Assembly (NCBI RefSeq): GCF_964204865.1
Contig: NC_135254.1
Span: 10,788,001 to 10,852,000 of the forward strand
Direction of reading: 5' to 3'
Origin: Styela clava
Lineage: Eukaryota
Length of the DNA: 64,000 nt
The position numbers and the translations under genes were made by a program. Of this stretch, positions 52,501 to 64,000 are shown one piece after another (the first letter of the stretch is position 1; the number at the start of each line of letters is the position of its first letter). Below the pieces are notes generated by a model. The model ran no database searches. It was not told where the DNA came from and saw only the letters and a program-made list of their open reading frames with translations.

Positions 52501-55500
52501 TATTTGATATTTCATTTGTGAAACAGATCGAGGAAACTGGTTTCCTAACGGAAGTTATGAATATTACGTTTCACCGGGTGGTAGTTCAGGATCTTATGAA
52601 TATTCGAAAACATTTTGCAAAAATAAAGGAAGCGAATTAGCATTGATAAAGAATAAAATAACCCAAGGATTTATTAAAACACTCATTTCTAATGGATCAG
52701 GTACGTGCATTATACGTGCAGTATTAGTTTTTAGCACTGTATGGCAAATTTATTACACCCATGGGTGACGTGAGATGATATTTGAAACTGAGATGCGTAA
52801 TCTGCAATGCCAAAACAATTAATTCGTACGCTTTAACCGCTCTGTCATCGATAAAACGCTTATCCACGCATGTCGCAGCAGTATAAAATAATACGGTATG
52901 TTTTATTACAGGAGAACCATACACGTTCTATATTGGACTTGTTTATGACAAATCAAAGTCGATGTTTCAATGGAACGATGGAACAAACTTGTCATTCACT
53001 CTTTGGGATGAAGGAGAACCAAACAATCATGATTCTGATAGTAGCACACAAATTTGCGTATCGATTGGTAAACAAAAAACTTATGACACAAATCTCCTGT
53101 GGCATACGATAGACTGTATCACAGGAGCAACAGGACAAAAAGGATTGGTGTGTCAAAGAATTATTGGTAATTGCAATTAGTTAATGTCGAAAGTCTCGAA
53201 AGTCACGTTACTGCCCCTCTGACCACTAAAATCGTTTATTCCATTGAACAAACTTGGTAAGTTTCAATTGAATGGAGATTGCTTTATGGGGTATAAAAAA
53301 CATAAAGCTGACTAAAATCAAGTGATGTGGTAAAATGTTATGGCAAACCTTGCGTGGAAATTTAGGCCCTTTTGTGAACCGCTCCCATCGTATTTCTAAA
53401 TTACCATCTAGCTGATCGCATTAATAAAAACGAACTGTTTTGATCTAGGTAAATACTGGCAAACCTGGTCTTCTTGGAGTGAATGTAACTGCTCAACCAT
53501 AATCAAAATGAGAAAACGCACATGCATTGATTCTTCTCGAACAGGGCCCGATGCGTGCGTTGGCAGCCACAATGAGGTATGAAGTAGCTAAATATTCCAT
53601 ATAGGTACATTTTATTTTTTTTTTATCGCCGTCGTGGTTATTCATTGATATCTTCAGTTTTGTACTGCAGTGTAGCTTGAACTCGATGTCAAATTTATTC
53701 ACAGCTATATTAAATGATATTTTTTTATTCTTAAATAACCACGATATGAAGTGATGGCATTCTTCATTCGATGTAGTTTTTTAGCATGTTTAAGCTGATC
53801 TTGAATCTCGAAATAATGAAGCGGATATAATATAACTTATTTCCACGACATGGTCAAATCGTTTTGGCGGTAGCGGAGTGATACTATTGTATATCATAAC
53901 ATGTGCACATAAAATGAAATGTTGATGCTTTCCGGGTATGTTATAATAACTTTTGCTTTTAAAAACCATGTTTGGAAATTGTAATAAAACCGATCGATTT
54001 CAATTTTCTTTCAGTTTGTGTCAATATTTTTAACAGACTGCAAATTGTACAAAAGACCCAACTTGTTATACGACTACTGTTGCGGAAACAACATTACCAT
54101 TAACTACAACTGCTGGTAAGTTAACCACCGACGTAATGACTATCATGACTACTGGTTCTACAGATGAAAATAATGTTGTGACAAATGCAACCTCTAACTT
54201 GCAAGGCACTTCTTCTTTACTCGCAGAAACCGAACAAGACCAAATGACGACAGTGACCTTCCAATTCACATTTGAAACTAAAATTAACAGCACTGAAGAA
54301 ATGGGCATAAATTTAACCCAGTCAACTATTCATCTCCCCGAACCAATGACAACCACAGGGATGGACAGCCACGTTGTTAATACAGAAAGCACGACGATTA
54401 CAGGGCCGTCCCCCATGTCCCTCGTACAGACAAATGAGAGTAAAACGACGATGGAAAATAAAATGACAACTTCTGATAGCGGTGGAATAACAAGTAGCTT
54501 ATTGAACACCACTATCCCTACAAGTACAATAATACAATCAACGAGCGAAACTAGCCAAGGAAGTAATTTCGAAGTGACATCGCCAATTTTGTCTATGGCA
54601 ACAACGGTAATGGAAACAACGACAGGAAGAATTACTCAATCTATTTCCACTCCCACAAAAACTGATTTCACGTCTACTGCCGTCACTACGAGTCCAGAAT
54701 CTAGCAGCAATCAACACGCAACTTCAATTAGTGTTACAACCACAACGACGAAGGAACATAAAAGCACGGCCACAATAAAACAAACAAAGACGCAAAAGAG
54801 TGCTACTTTTGAATCGACAACTGAAGACGAAACGTCGAGTAAATTTCACAAAGATTATATATTTCAAAGCAGAGAATATTTCAAAATTATATTTTTTTTA
54901 CGTATTATTTACATATTAACGTATTTGGAGTAAAAATGTAAACGTGTCGCCACAATATAAATGTAATGTCACAAAACGCAAACATGGAAGTCATAATTCA
55001 TTTGAGGGCAAAATCAATTTATACACTCCGATAGCAGAATTAGAAATACTTCATTCATATCTTTCTTTTAACTCAAGTGACTTGCTACAGATGAGAATCG
55101 CGGAAAAAAAATGCGATTTATAATTTTACGGGCTTGATCTTATACTATTAGCTGCAAATAATCAACAAAATACATTTGATCAGAGTTAATATTGGCAAAA
55201 TCTGCAAAGAAACCAAACTCAAATAATACCAACAAACGGAACGTGGGATAATTATAACGGCATTAGCAATAGTTTAGCATAACAAATCATAAATTTATAG
55301 GTTAGTTTCGCCTTTTGTACAATTGAGTCATTTACTAAGATACACGCGAGAACGCGGCCAACATTCGATCATTGAAAAAGCCAATCAGAATGTTTAAATG
55401 TTAACATACAATCATGATGAAGCGGTCTAATAATTTTCGGACGATTAATTTCCAAATAGGAGCTTAGGAAAAATTTTAAATCAAATTTCAGCTCGCGAAA

Positions 55501-57260
55501 TTGTGTAAGCTTGTCTAAATGAACATTATCTATTAATTAAATTTCTGATTTTGTATATTGTACTGATATCAATTCCTATATTATCTCACACAGAAATTCC
55601 TGACATTTCGACGATTGGTATTCTTCGTCCATCTACACCCGCTTCACAAACATCAATCATTGGACCAGTCGTGGGAACTATCGGAGGGATTCTTCTTTTA
55701 GCGCTTATCGTTGTTTTTATACTTTCAAAGCAACTCAAAAAAAGGTAGTATATCCAACATTATCTGTTATGAATAGTGAATGAATACCAAATATGAAGGT
55801 ACACTCATTTCACAGAGAATGCATATAATCTAAAGTTTTGCTTTCAGAAGAGGTAGTGGAACCATAAACAAGGGTGGGCGTGGCAATTACAATGAGGGGT
55901 TAGAAATGGAAGAACAACTTAATCCGAGAGATATAATGTCAGAGCGTAAGTTAATGTAACTTCATTTTAAGTATTACGTCAACGCATTGTATCTGGGTTG
56001 ATGAATTACCGTACTTTACTGTCCACCACATGCTGCTAAATGTATGACAATTAAGAGGAAATACTAATTCCGACATGCACCGTATGATTATCTAAACTAT
56101 AGGCCTTATAGGAAAAACAGTGATTTCATGGAAATATATTCATTCTGAGAATGTATAGCAAATAAGAATAGTATATATAGAAGCGTAATACAAGATTGAG
56201 TTTTACACTAAAATCACAACTTATTGCAACGAGCCCAACCGATATTAAATAAATCTTTCTACGTAGAAATTTCAGAATTGTTGTTACTTATGAACATAAT
56301 TATGAGTTATTTATGTTAAAAAACGATACACCCAGTTATGGTGATTATATTATAACTAACTCAAGTTGGTAATAAGGTATGAGTCCGTATTCAAATCTGT
56401 AGTCGGTTAATTTGAATGGCTCGGACCTAATTTTCATCTCCTCCAGATGAAAACGTTTCAAGTGATTCAAAATTGCTGCTACATATTGGTATATAATATC
56501 ACTTACATGTTTTACTGCTACAGATCCCGAAGATGTGGAATCAGGTCGAGACAATTCTGAAAAAACGGAAACTCTTCGTTATCAGACGTTTTCGAACCCT
56601 GCTGGAAATTCAGACAATAATTCTCTCTTACCCAAAGATCAAGTTGACTCGTCAAACGGGCAAGATTCACCCTACGCCGTTGTCGATAACCATCAGAATC
56701 AGATAAACGATGTGACCACAGAAGGCAACGACAATGCAATGTATACTGCTGTGAACAAGACAAAATCGAAAAAGTTAACCGAATCCTCAAATGTTTCGGA
56801 TGCGGTGGATGTAACAGAACCCCAATATGCTGTTGTTGATAAGCAAAAAAAAGGCGAAATAATTAATGTTTCTGCTAACCCTGACGAGAACTCCCCTGTA
56901 GCTTATGCAACGGTTCAAAAAACCAATGTTGAGGATTCTAAAAAAATGTCAAAATCAGAAAACCCCTCTGATGAAAACCAAGAGTCTGGTCCGACTTACG
57001 CTACCGTGGAGAAATCGAAATCAAAAGGCCCTGTGAAACAGAAAACACCTTCAGATGGAGACGACAAACACGACAATAAAGTGACATACGCTGTTGTACA
57101 GAAACCCAAAAAAGATGATTCTTCAAACGTCATTGAAGTAACTTATGCAACGGTCAATAAACCCAAAACAGATCAGAGTTCCGATGTCAAGGGACGTGCT
57201 GAAGGGGCTGACATTGAACTAAATGACGACCCATATGCAATGATTGACAAGGGTAAATAA
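49518..57260 (+). CDS. Receptor B2: SP-CTLD1-TSP1a-linker-CTLD2-TSP1b-long mucin-TM-multi-ITIM tail, ~1000 aa (exons 49518-49581, 49655-49828, 50110-50346, 51065-51195, 51703-51754, 52527-52700, 52912-53166, 53449-53576, 54037-54838, 55594-55744, 55848-55945, 56524-57260)
   Basis: Twelve phase-compatible GT-AG exons, 3003 nt. Two CTLDs (QPS/WYD and EPN/WHT); two TSP1 (WGSWESWGSC, WQTWSSWSEC); ~260-aa S/T stalk; TM IIGPVVGTIGGILLLALIVVFIL; ITIMs SPYAVV, VAYATV, VTYAVV, VTYATV. Confidence 0.9.
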
Positions 57261-59560
57261 GGATGGAGAAGTTAAACGAAACTACAATCGATATTACGCG
57301 TTTGCTAGATTAGCAGCAAAAAAAGCAGGTTCAGACTGATTGATAAACCTACTAATGCCTAAATTAGAGCCATGTTGCTGCTAGAAGTAATTGTTGATCA
57401 TCTAATGTGTTATACATCGGGCTGTTTCTGAACTGTTCCTGCTTTGTTTTTTGAAATGTGTTTTCTGATCGCAATTACCTTTACAATTGTAGTTTTGAAG
57501 CTTGTTTTGAATTGATTGAATTATTTAAATTAAATGTTCAACAACTCTGCCCCGGCGTTGAGGAGGAATTTAAAAATGAAAACTGGCAAAAAAAGTTAAC
57601 ATATCACCAATACGTTTAAATTCACATTAAATTTAATTTAACTGACTTTGTAAGTTGATTATGAATTTAAACAATCTAATTCAGACTGCTTTACCAGAGC
57701 GTCATTTTCATTGAAGGTGTGAACTAAACTTCTGAAAGTCACAATTAACATCCTCATGCAATGAAACAACCACACAGTATAGAAGATTTTTTATTCAAAA
57801 TAATATAAAGTATCATGTTGCTTTCACTCGATGCATTTGGGAAGTATACATGGTCAACTATTCCCTCATCAGGCCCGGATCGGTTTCCAGACAAAAGGCT
57901 GTCGTTGTTCAAATCTTCACCAAACTATATCTTTTTTGATGCCATGATATCAGCATGTATTGGGAACAGTATCAATTTGACCGGTTATCTGAAAGTTTTT
58001 TCTAGTAATTTTTACCTGCATTTTTTGACTATTCTTTAGTTTTCGAGTTTTCGAAAGTGTTGCGCTGTTCTACTTTATATATATAACATATACATTTATA
58101 CATTGACAACAGAATTTGATAATGATCCATAATATTTCGTGAATGAAGTTGAATCCGTACTTTTCAACTATGGATACCATTCTCTTTATTTGACATGATA
58201 AAGATGTTTCATTCCAAGATATAAGAATTCCATGCCATGTTTGCCTATATTAATCTCTAATATTATAGTTTCTGTAACTGTACTGATACTTCCTTATTTA
58301 GTAATGTAAATATTTATCCTATACTCTATATATTTATGCACAAATACTATCAATTTTATTTAATCGATTGCTATTTTTTATCAAAATAGCCTTTTTCGTT
58401 TCGTCTATCAAAATTCGTAATAACGGTATAAAATATGCAAAATTGAATTTCACCTAATTTCAGTGGTATAGCTAACAATTGTGTTCACTTTTATTCAAAT
58501 ATATACATGCAATAAACTTGGATAGAGAAATTTTTAAAATGTGTTTTAACTAATATTTATTAGTTACATCTCAAGTATCCTATGTTGAGATGTACTTCTA
58601 TTTTTTATACCTGTATATTGTTGTTGCTATTATTATGTGCAACATAAGCAGGATATTGCGTATACTTTTGGCCCTAATTTGATTTTATTTGAATCAAGCA
58701 TTATATTAAACGCATTTCCCCAATAATATACTAGTTTACCTGCCCACATAAATAGGCGCTATTCAATGTAAATTCATATAAGTTTTAACCAAACTTCCTG
58801 ACTTGGAGGTCACAGGCAATGTTTGTCCAAAATTTTGCTACCTAATCAGGGTCAAGTTACAAGATCTGTTAGGCTTAACCACAATTTATGGAATAGACAA
58901 AAAGGTAACTAAGTTCGATCGTACAATTTTATATAGTTGAATTCAACCAAAAGGAACCTATGTGGAAAAACATACGATACGCTTCGAAGAGGGCTTATGT
59001 CCACCAATACAATTGATTATTATGGCGTTTCATATGCCAGAACAAGTGTGAACAATAAAAAACTTACTATAAGATCTCTAAAAGTTTCACCATCTTTTTT
59101 TCATATAATTCACATTGTGTAAATGTCTTGTAATAAATTTATCGACTCAAAACAACATTATGTATACAGCTGCATGCATGTATATTAGCAAGAACAGGAA
59201 AGCGTGGTGATGTCGAAACTATGTATAAAAACTACGTCAACACAAATAATGTATGCGAGTGGGATGTCTAAACTTCATGGAACTTAATAAATATATTGCA
59301 TACTTAAATTGTGTTCATTAATCGCAGTGGTGGATTATAGTTATATCTGTAAAACCTGGCAATACAAGGAGGTAACCGAATATGCAATAATTTGTGGGTC
59401 TGTGAATTGATTAAGACGATTGGATAGGAATGATAGGAGGTGGGATAAAACGATTTGAGTTGAATACACGTCCGCAAATTTTTTGATTAATTGGTTTAAA
59501 TCAGACTAGATTTTAAGTTATAATTAAAATTTTAATTTTTATGTTGACGAAAACGTAAAA

Positions 59561-62500
59561 ATGCGATTCTCCTTCTGCTCATGGATCTTATGTGTCACGG
59601 AATTTACAAGTAAGAGTTTTGCAATATTGTAAATAAAAATTTAAAAGTTTGCGGCATATAGATTTAGACAGCATCAGAAATTTACCTTATCAAGATACCA
59701 AAAAATTTGTAAATATTTATTTCGAGTCTTATTATATCACCAGATATGTGGATTACCTGTAAATGGTTTGTAAGAAGCGAAGGTGTGATAAACCAATGGG
59801 AATTAAAATGTAGCAGGGCTTTCATGTTTTATATTCCGATTGAATCAAGTATGTATGATAAATGTTAAAACTTAGTTGTTGTTATTTTTTAAATAGCTGT
59901 TCTGGGCTCATCTGGTTTCGGGTTGGACGAATCGACAACGTCACCAGTAAACAATGATAACATCGCCTCAACTGTTTATGATAAGGAGTTTGATAAAACC
60001 ATATCCCAGACTACGGTAGCCAAAATATTCTCAACTGCATCGACATCTAGTGCATCAACCCGAACAACAAAAGCAACCCAAAGCACGAGTCTATATGAAA
60101 CTACTTCTGCCCAAGGTACGTAATATATTTGGACAATTTTCTTCAAGGCATATTTTCTTCGCTGGAGAAAGCCAGAAAGTTGACACTCAATATTATCACA
60201 TCGATGATGGAAATGATTACAATGTTAAAATAAAACGTTATTCAGAAATAAATATTTACATCCCCAAAATTGCTTTTTCCAAAGGTCTTAGAGTTTACGA
60301 AATTATTAAACAAAGTTGCAAGATTAAAAAAAAGTCTATTTAAAATATTTGTCTCAAATTTTAGCCGATTTATTTTTAATTTTTTTCATACATTTTAAAA
60401 CTGTAAACAACCGCAGTGTACCAATGGTTTTGTTTGAGTGATAAATTATATAAAATTTTCACAAAATACCAATAGGATGGGTTGTAGGATAATTGATACT
60501 GGTGCAAAAACTCGTCATAGGAACTATCAATTTCGGTTTTGTACAAAATACAAAAACAAGATGACATTTTAGCTTTAATGATATTGTGCTGGTTTGAGTT
60601 TAAAACATTTCTTTAATTAGAAAACTAGTCTTTTTGACATGCCCTAAACTGCATCCAAAATTAGATTATTTTGACAAAATGCATATGGCCAGATGGAGTC
60701 ACCTACGCCACATTTTCAGTGATTAACACAGCCTATGTCATATCATTCAATAAATATAATTATGTGTATGTTCTTCATTATACCCTTTTTCTGTTTGTTT
60801 TTACATCCGAATAGATCGTCGTGGGAGTTGGCAGAGGCTAAATAATATCGAATATTACGTATCTAAAGCTAGAGAGATAAAGAATTTCGACCAAAGTAAA
60901 GAGTTTTGCAGGCAACAGGGTGGAACGCTTGCTCTTGTTAAAACAAGCGAAACACAGAGTTTCATTGCAAGTCTTGTGATCCGAGACTCAGGTATTTTTA
61001 TAAGCTATGACATCGACTGAGTATACTTTTCTTGATGCTTTCCTTGGCGTTTAAAATTTTTCTCCTTCTGACATCATATTTCAATGCTAATTTTAATTTT
61101 ATAAATTTGAATTAAATTTTTAACCAATATTGAAAATTGGTAGTAATGTTTTCGACACAACATTTTGTGAAAATATATATATATATTATAGATTTGTTTA
61201 ATTTTGAAGTTACTAAATTATTGGATGTTATTTTATCTTGAACTTACTTTAAACGAGCAAAGCTGCGTCTAAGAAGTCATTTATTTTTCAAAATTTCACC
61301 TAAAAATGTGTAATATTTATTTTCAATTATCCAATTGTTTGTTTAGGCATAAATTTCTCAATTTCATTACTGTATAACAGTACAATTAATTTTTTTTAAG
61401 ATGCAACAAAGAATTTATTTAAACCTGTAAAATTCAAAATAAAAAATTAAAAACAGCAATTCATTTCACAGGTACGCCATATGGGTTTTTCATTGGTTTG
61501 AAAAGAGTGAACAATAACAGCTTTGCGTGGATTGATAACGAGGCTGAATCGTATGGGGCATGGCATTCTGGAGAACCTAATAATACGGATGAAAATGAAG
61601 ATTGCGTTATTATGGGTTGGATTCACGAATTTATGAAAAATCTCCGATGGAGAGACTACAAATGTGGCGTGGAAAAATTCGCACCAACCGGATTCATATG
61701 CCAAAGGATATTAGGTAAAATAACATAAATTTTGAATTAAATTATAATAATCTTTTCAAATACAAATACATTGGAGAAATTTTTAGACTGGGAAATATTA
61801 AAAAGTAAAACAAGTACCAAATAAACATTGATAAAATCTTTCACAGGGATGTGAACGCTTATCAAATATGACATAAATTCACATCGCAAAAGATAAATTG
61901 TAGAAAAATAAATTAAGGTTAAAATATGCAATTATGACATTGTAATTGTAAACAAAAATTAAAATTTGTCCCAAGTCCAAAATCAAAAATTGTCTTTCGC
62001 CTTTGAAATTTAAAAAGAATACATCGTCATGGTGAAATCTTTTTTCAACCTCTTGTGCTTTTCTTCAGTGAAGCTTGAATTTTTATATTAAAATTTGAAG
62101 TTGGTCAAAGTACCTAATTGATTTTTTTTCGTTTTCTACTAATCACGTATTTTTCATCAAAACTTCTATTGGGCATTTGTTTGACCATCTGACCACTGCT
62201 AGTTTGCATGTTGTCAGTGATAATTGTAGGTACGATCACAACCTTTTTTCGAATACCAGGCAAATGGGGAACAATACGATTGGCCATGAGCAACGACAGT
62301 TTTGTACTTAAACTTTTCTCAAATATAACAATATAATATTTATTTTCTATTTCAGAAACGACTGTCATTCCTACTACGGAGTCGTTCACAAGCGCTTTGA
62401 AAACTACAGCTTCAAAATATATTTCGACGGAAGGGGAACTCACAACAAAATCGTCAACTTCAGAAATCTTCGAACCCACGTCCGGGACTCAACAAATTTC

Positions 62501-64000
62501 AACAAAAGAATCGACTGATCTTATTTTATGGACAGAAAGACCGAATTCTCAAACTACAACAATTGGTCTTGTGGTCGGCGGGATATCGCTGTTGCTTCTA
62601 GTTGTGATAACCGTACTTGGATATTGCTATCGAAAAAGGTACATTGAATCGGGTGTTGGGCTTGTTAACGTTATCGTAGATTCAATATACATTTTGAATT
62701 ATGTTTTATAGGCAATCTAAGAATGAATTACTGCAGAGAATACAAAAAACAAATCTTGGTAAGTACCGTAATATATGGTATATAATAGCTTTGAGAAGCA
62801 TATAAAAATCTTTTTGGCAATATCCATTTTCTCCAGAAAACAAGTACAAGAATACAACATGTAATGTCACAATATTATCGAATTCAGCAATAATCGCGCA
62901 TCTACCGTTGTTAAAAAATATTTTTACTCTGTGGTTCGCATTTTAGCGTACACTTCAAAGTTGTAATTTAACACTTTTGCAGATGTGGATGACTATGTGG
63001 AGTTACATCAAATTAATATTGAAGAACCCCGTTCTACAAAACCAGTACAGAAAGATCCTAGTTCGCCAACGCCTCTAGAATATATAAAAGATCGTGACAC
63101 GTCTACAAAAATATCCGTAAGAGATTCAACATATGTGTTGATGACGTCTCCTTCAATAGAAATCAAATCTCGCTCTGAAAGCAATCGCTCATTCGTCGAT
63201 ATCATGCTTCCAACCACAAATGTAACTCCAACAGACAATACCATTACCAGTCCTGAAGCAGAAGCATACGAGTTTATGTCTGGTGGATTTGAAGAAGATG
63301 AAAAAGAAAAAAATCTGATTTTGGGCAAAACGCAATTGACAAGCGTAGGCCAGGAAACAACAGAAGGATGCTTATACGAAATCATGACAAAGGGAACAAC
63401 GAACGAATCAAGTAATGTTAATAAACATTCGAACACAAGTCAAAGTTCAAAAATACATTTGAGAATGGATAATTCAAATAAGGATAAGCAAATGTCATCG
63501 CATATTTTGAAGGAAAAAGGCGACATCAAAAATATTGAAACACGTGAAAAATCAGCTCAAGGGGACAAATCGAATTTACAAGAAGATTTGCAGGGTAAAA
63601 CTATACAGAAAGTGGAAAAAATCATTCAGTTACCATTACCTTCAATACCGAAGTGTGGAGATGAAAACAAGACCACTGATGAGTACGAATTGATGCCGTA
63701 TGGCGAGATAACTTTTCAAAATGAACCTCCTAGTAAAGCTGATGTGCTGCCGCCTGAAGTTATCATGACAAAACAAAATTCAATGAGAATAAAGACCAAC
63801 GATAGTAGCAAAATAGTGCAGGGCAGTACTCTGCCCATCTTACCCGAAAACACAGACATAGAAATCGATAATGACATTACGCCATATGGTGCAATTGAAT
63901 ACGAGGAAAAATCTACGGAGACCGAAGAATCGCTGAGCAATAAAGAAAATCTCAGCAACGATTCAAATAAGAATAAATCAGTCATACAGAATATGCCTTT
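59561..64000 (+). CDS. Receptor C: SP-mucin-CTLD-mucin-TM-long Tyr-rich tail, 3'-partial (exons 59561-59609, 59897-60115, 60815-60991, 61472-61714, 62356-62638, 62712-62758, 62983->64000)
   Basis: Phase-compatible exons; CTLD with FFIGL, WHSGEPNN..EDC, WRDYKC, FICQ; TM IGLVVGGISLLLLVVITVLGYCY; last exon stays open to the window end with DDYVEL, YVLM, YEFM, YEIM, YELM. Confidence 0.87.

Larger units (their letters stand above)
26190..60280. repeat. Large inverted duplication: ~26190-39660 mirrored by ~49430-60280
   Basis: B1/B2, the B-C intergenic region and C'/C exons 1-2 are collinear in opposite orientation. Confidence 0.88.

Noticed and set aside
63008-63985. Minus-strand ORFs of 142 and 89 aa
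   Set aside because: Antisense shadows of the open plus-strand tail exon of receptor C.

Overview
AT-rich eukaryotic genomic DNA with GT-AG introns; it looks like an invertebrate deuterostome, possibly an ascidian (inference). The ORF track captures only fragments, so I rebuilt the exon chains by hand from splice sites and reading phase. The window is a duplicated immune-receptor-like gene cluster with two components. (1) Three copies of a secreted signal peptide-VWA(MIDAS)-FN3 gene on the + strand (VWA1 partial, VWA2, VWA3). (2) Type I membrane C-type-lectin (CTLD) receptors. A1, A2 and B1 (- strand) and B2 (+ strand) share closely related CTLD/TSP1 ectodomain modules but carry two unrelated tails: A-type short acidic YEE(I/M) tails (activating-like) and B-type long tails with an ITIM array. 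A third class, C (+, runs off the window end), has mucin-CTLD-mucin-TM and a hemITAM-like/YxxM-rich tail, plus an internally deleted pseudogene copy (C'). The receptors A1 and B1 each sit head-to-head with a VWA gene across a conserved ~2.35 kb spacer. The region is built from direct segmental duplications and one large inverted duplication, and holds many non-autonomous DNA transposons (hAT, Tc1/mariner-like, MULE-like) and tRNA-derived SINEs. The best candidate for an undescribed system is a paired activating/inhibitory CTLD-TSP1 receptor cluster with variable ligand-binding loops and a linked secreted VWA partner. All functional statements are inferences from motifs, and some copies could be uncollapsed haplotypes.
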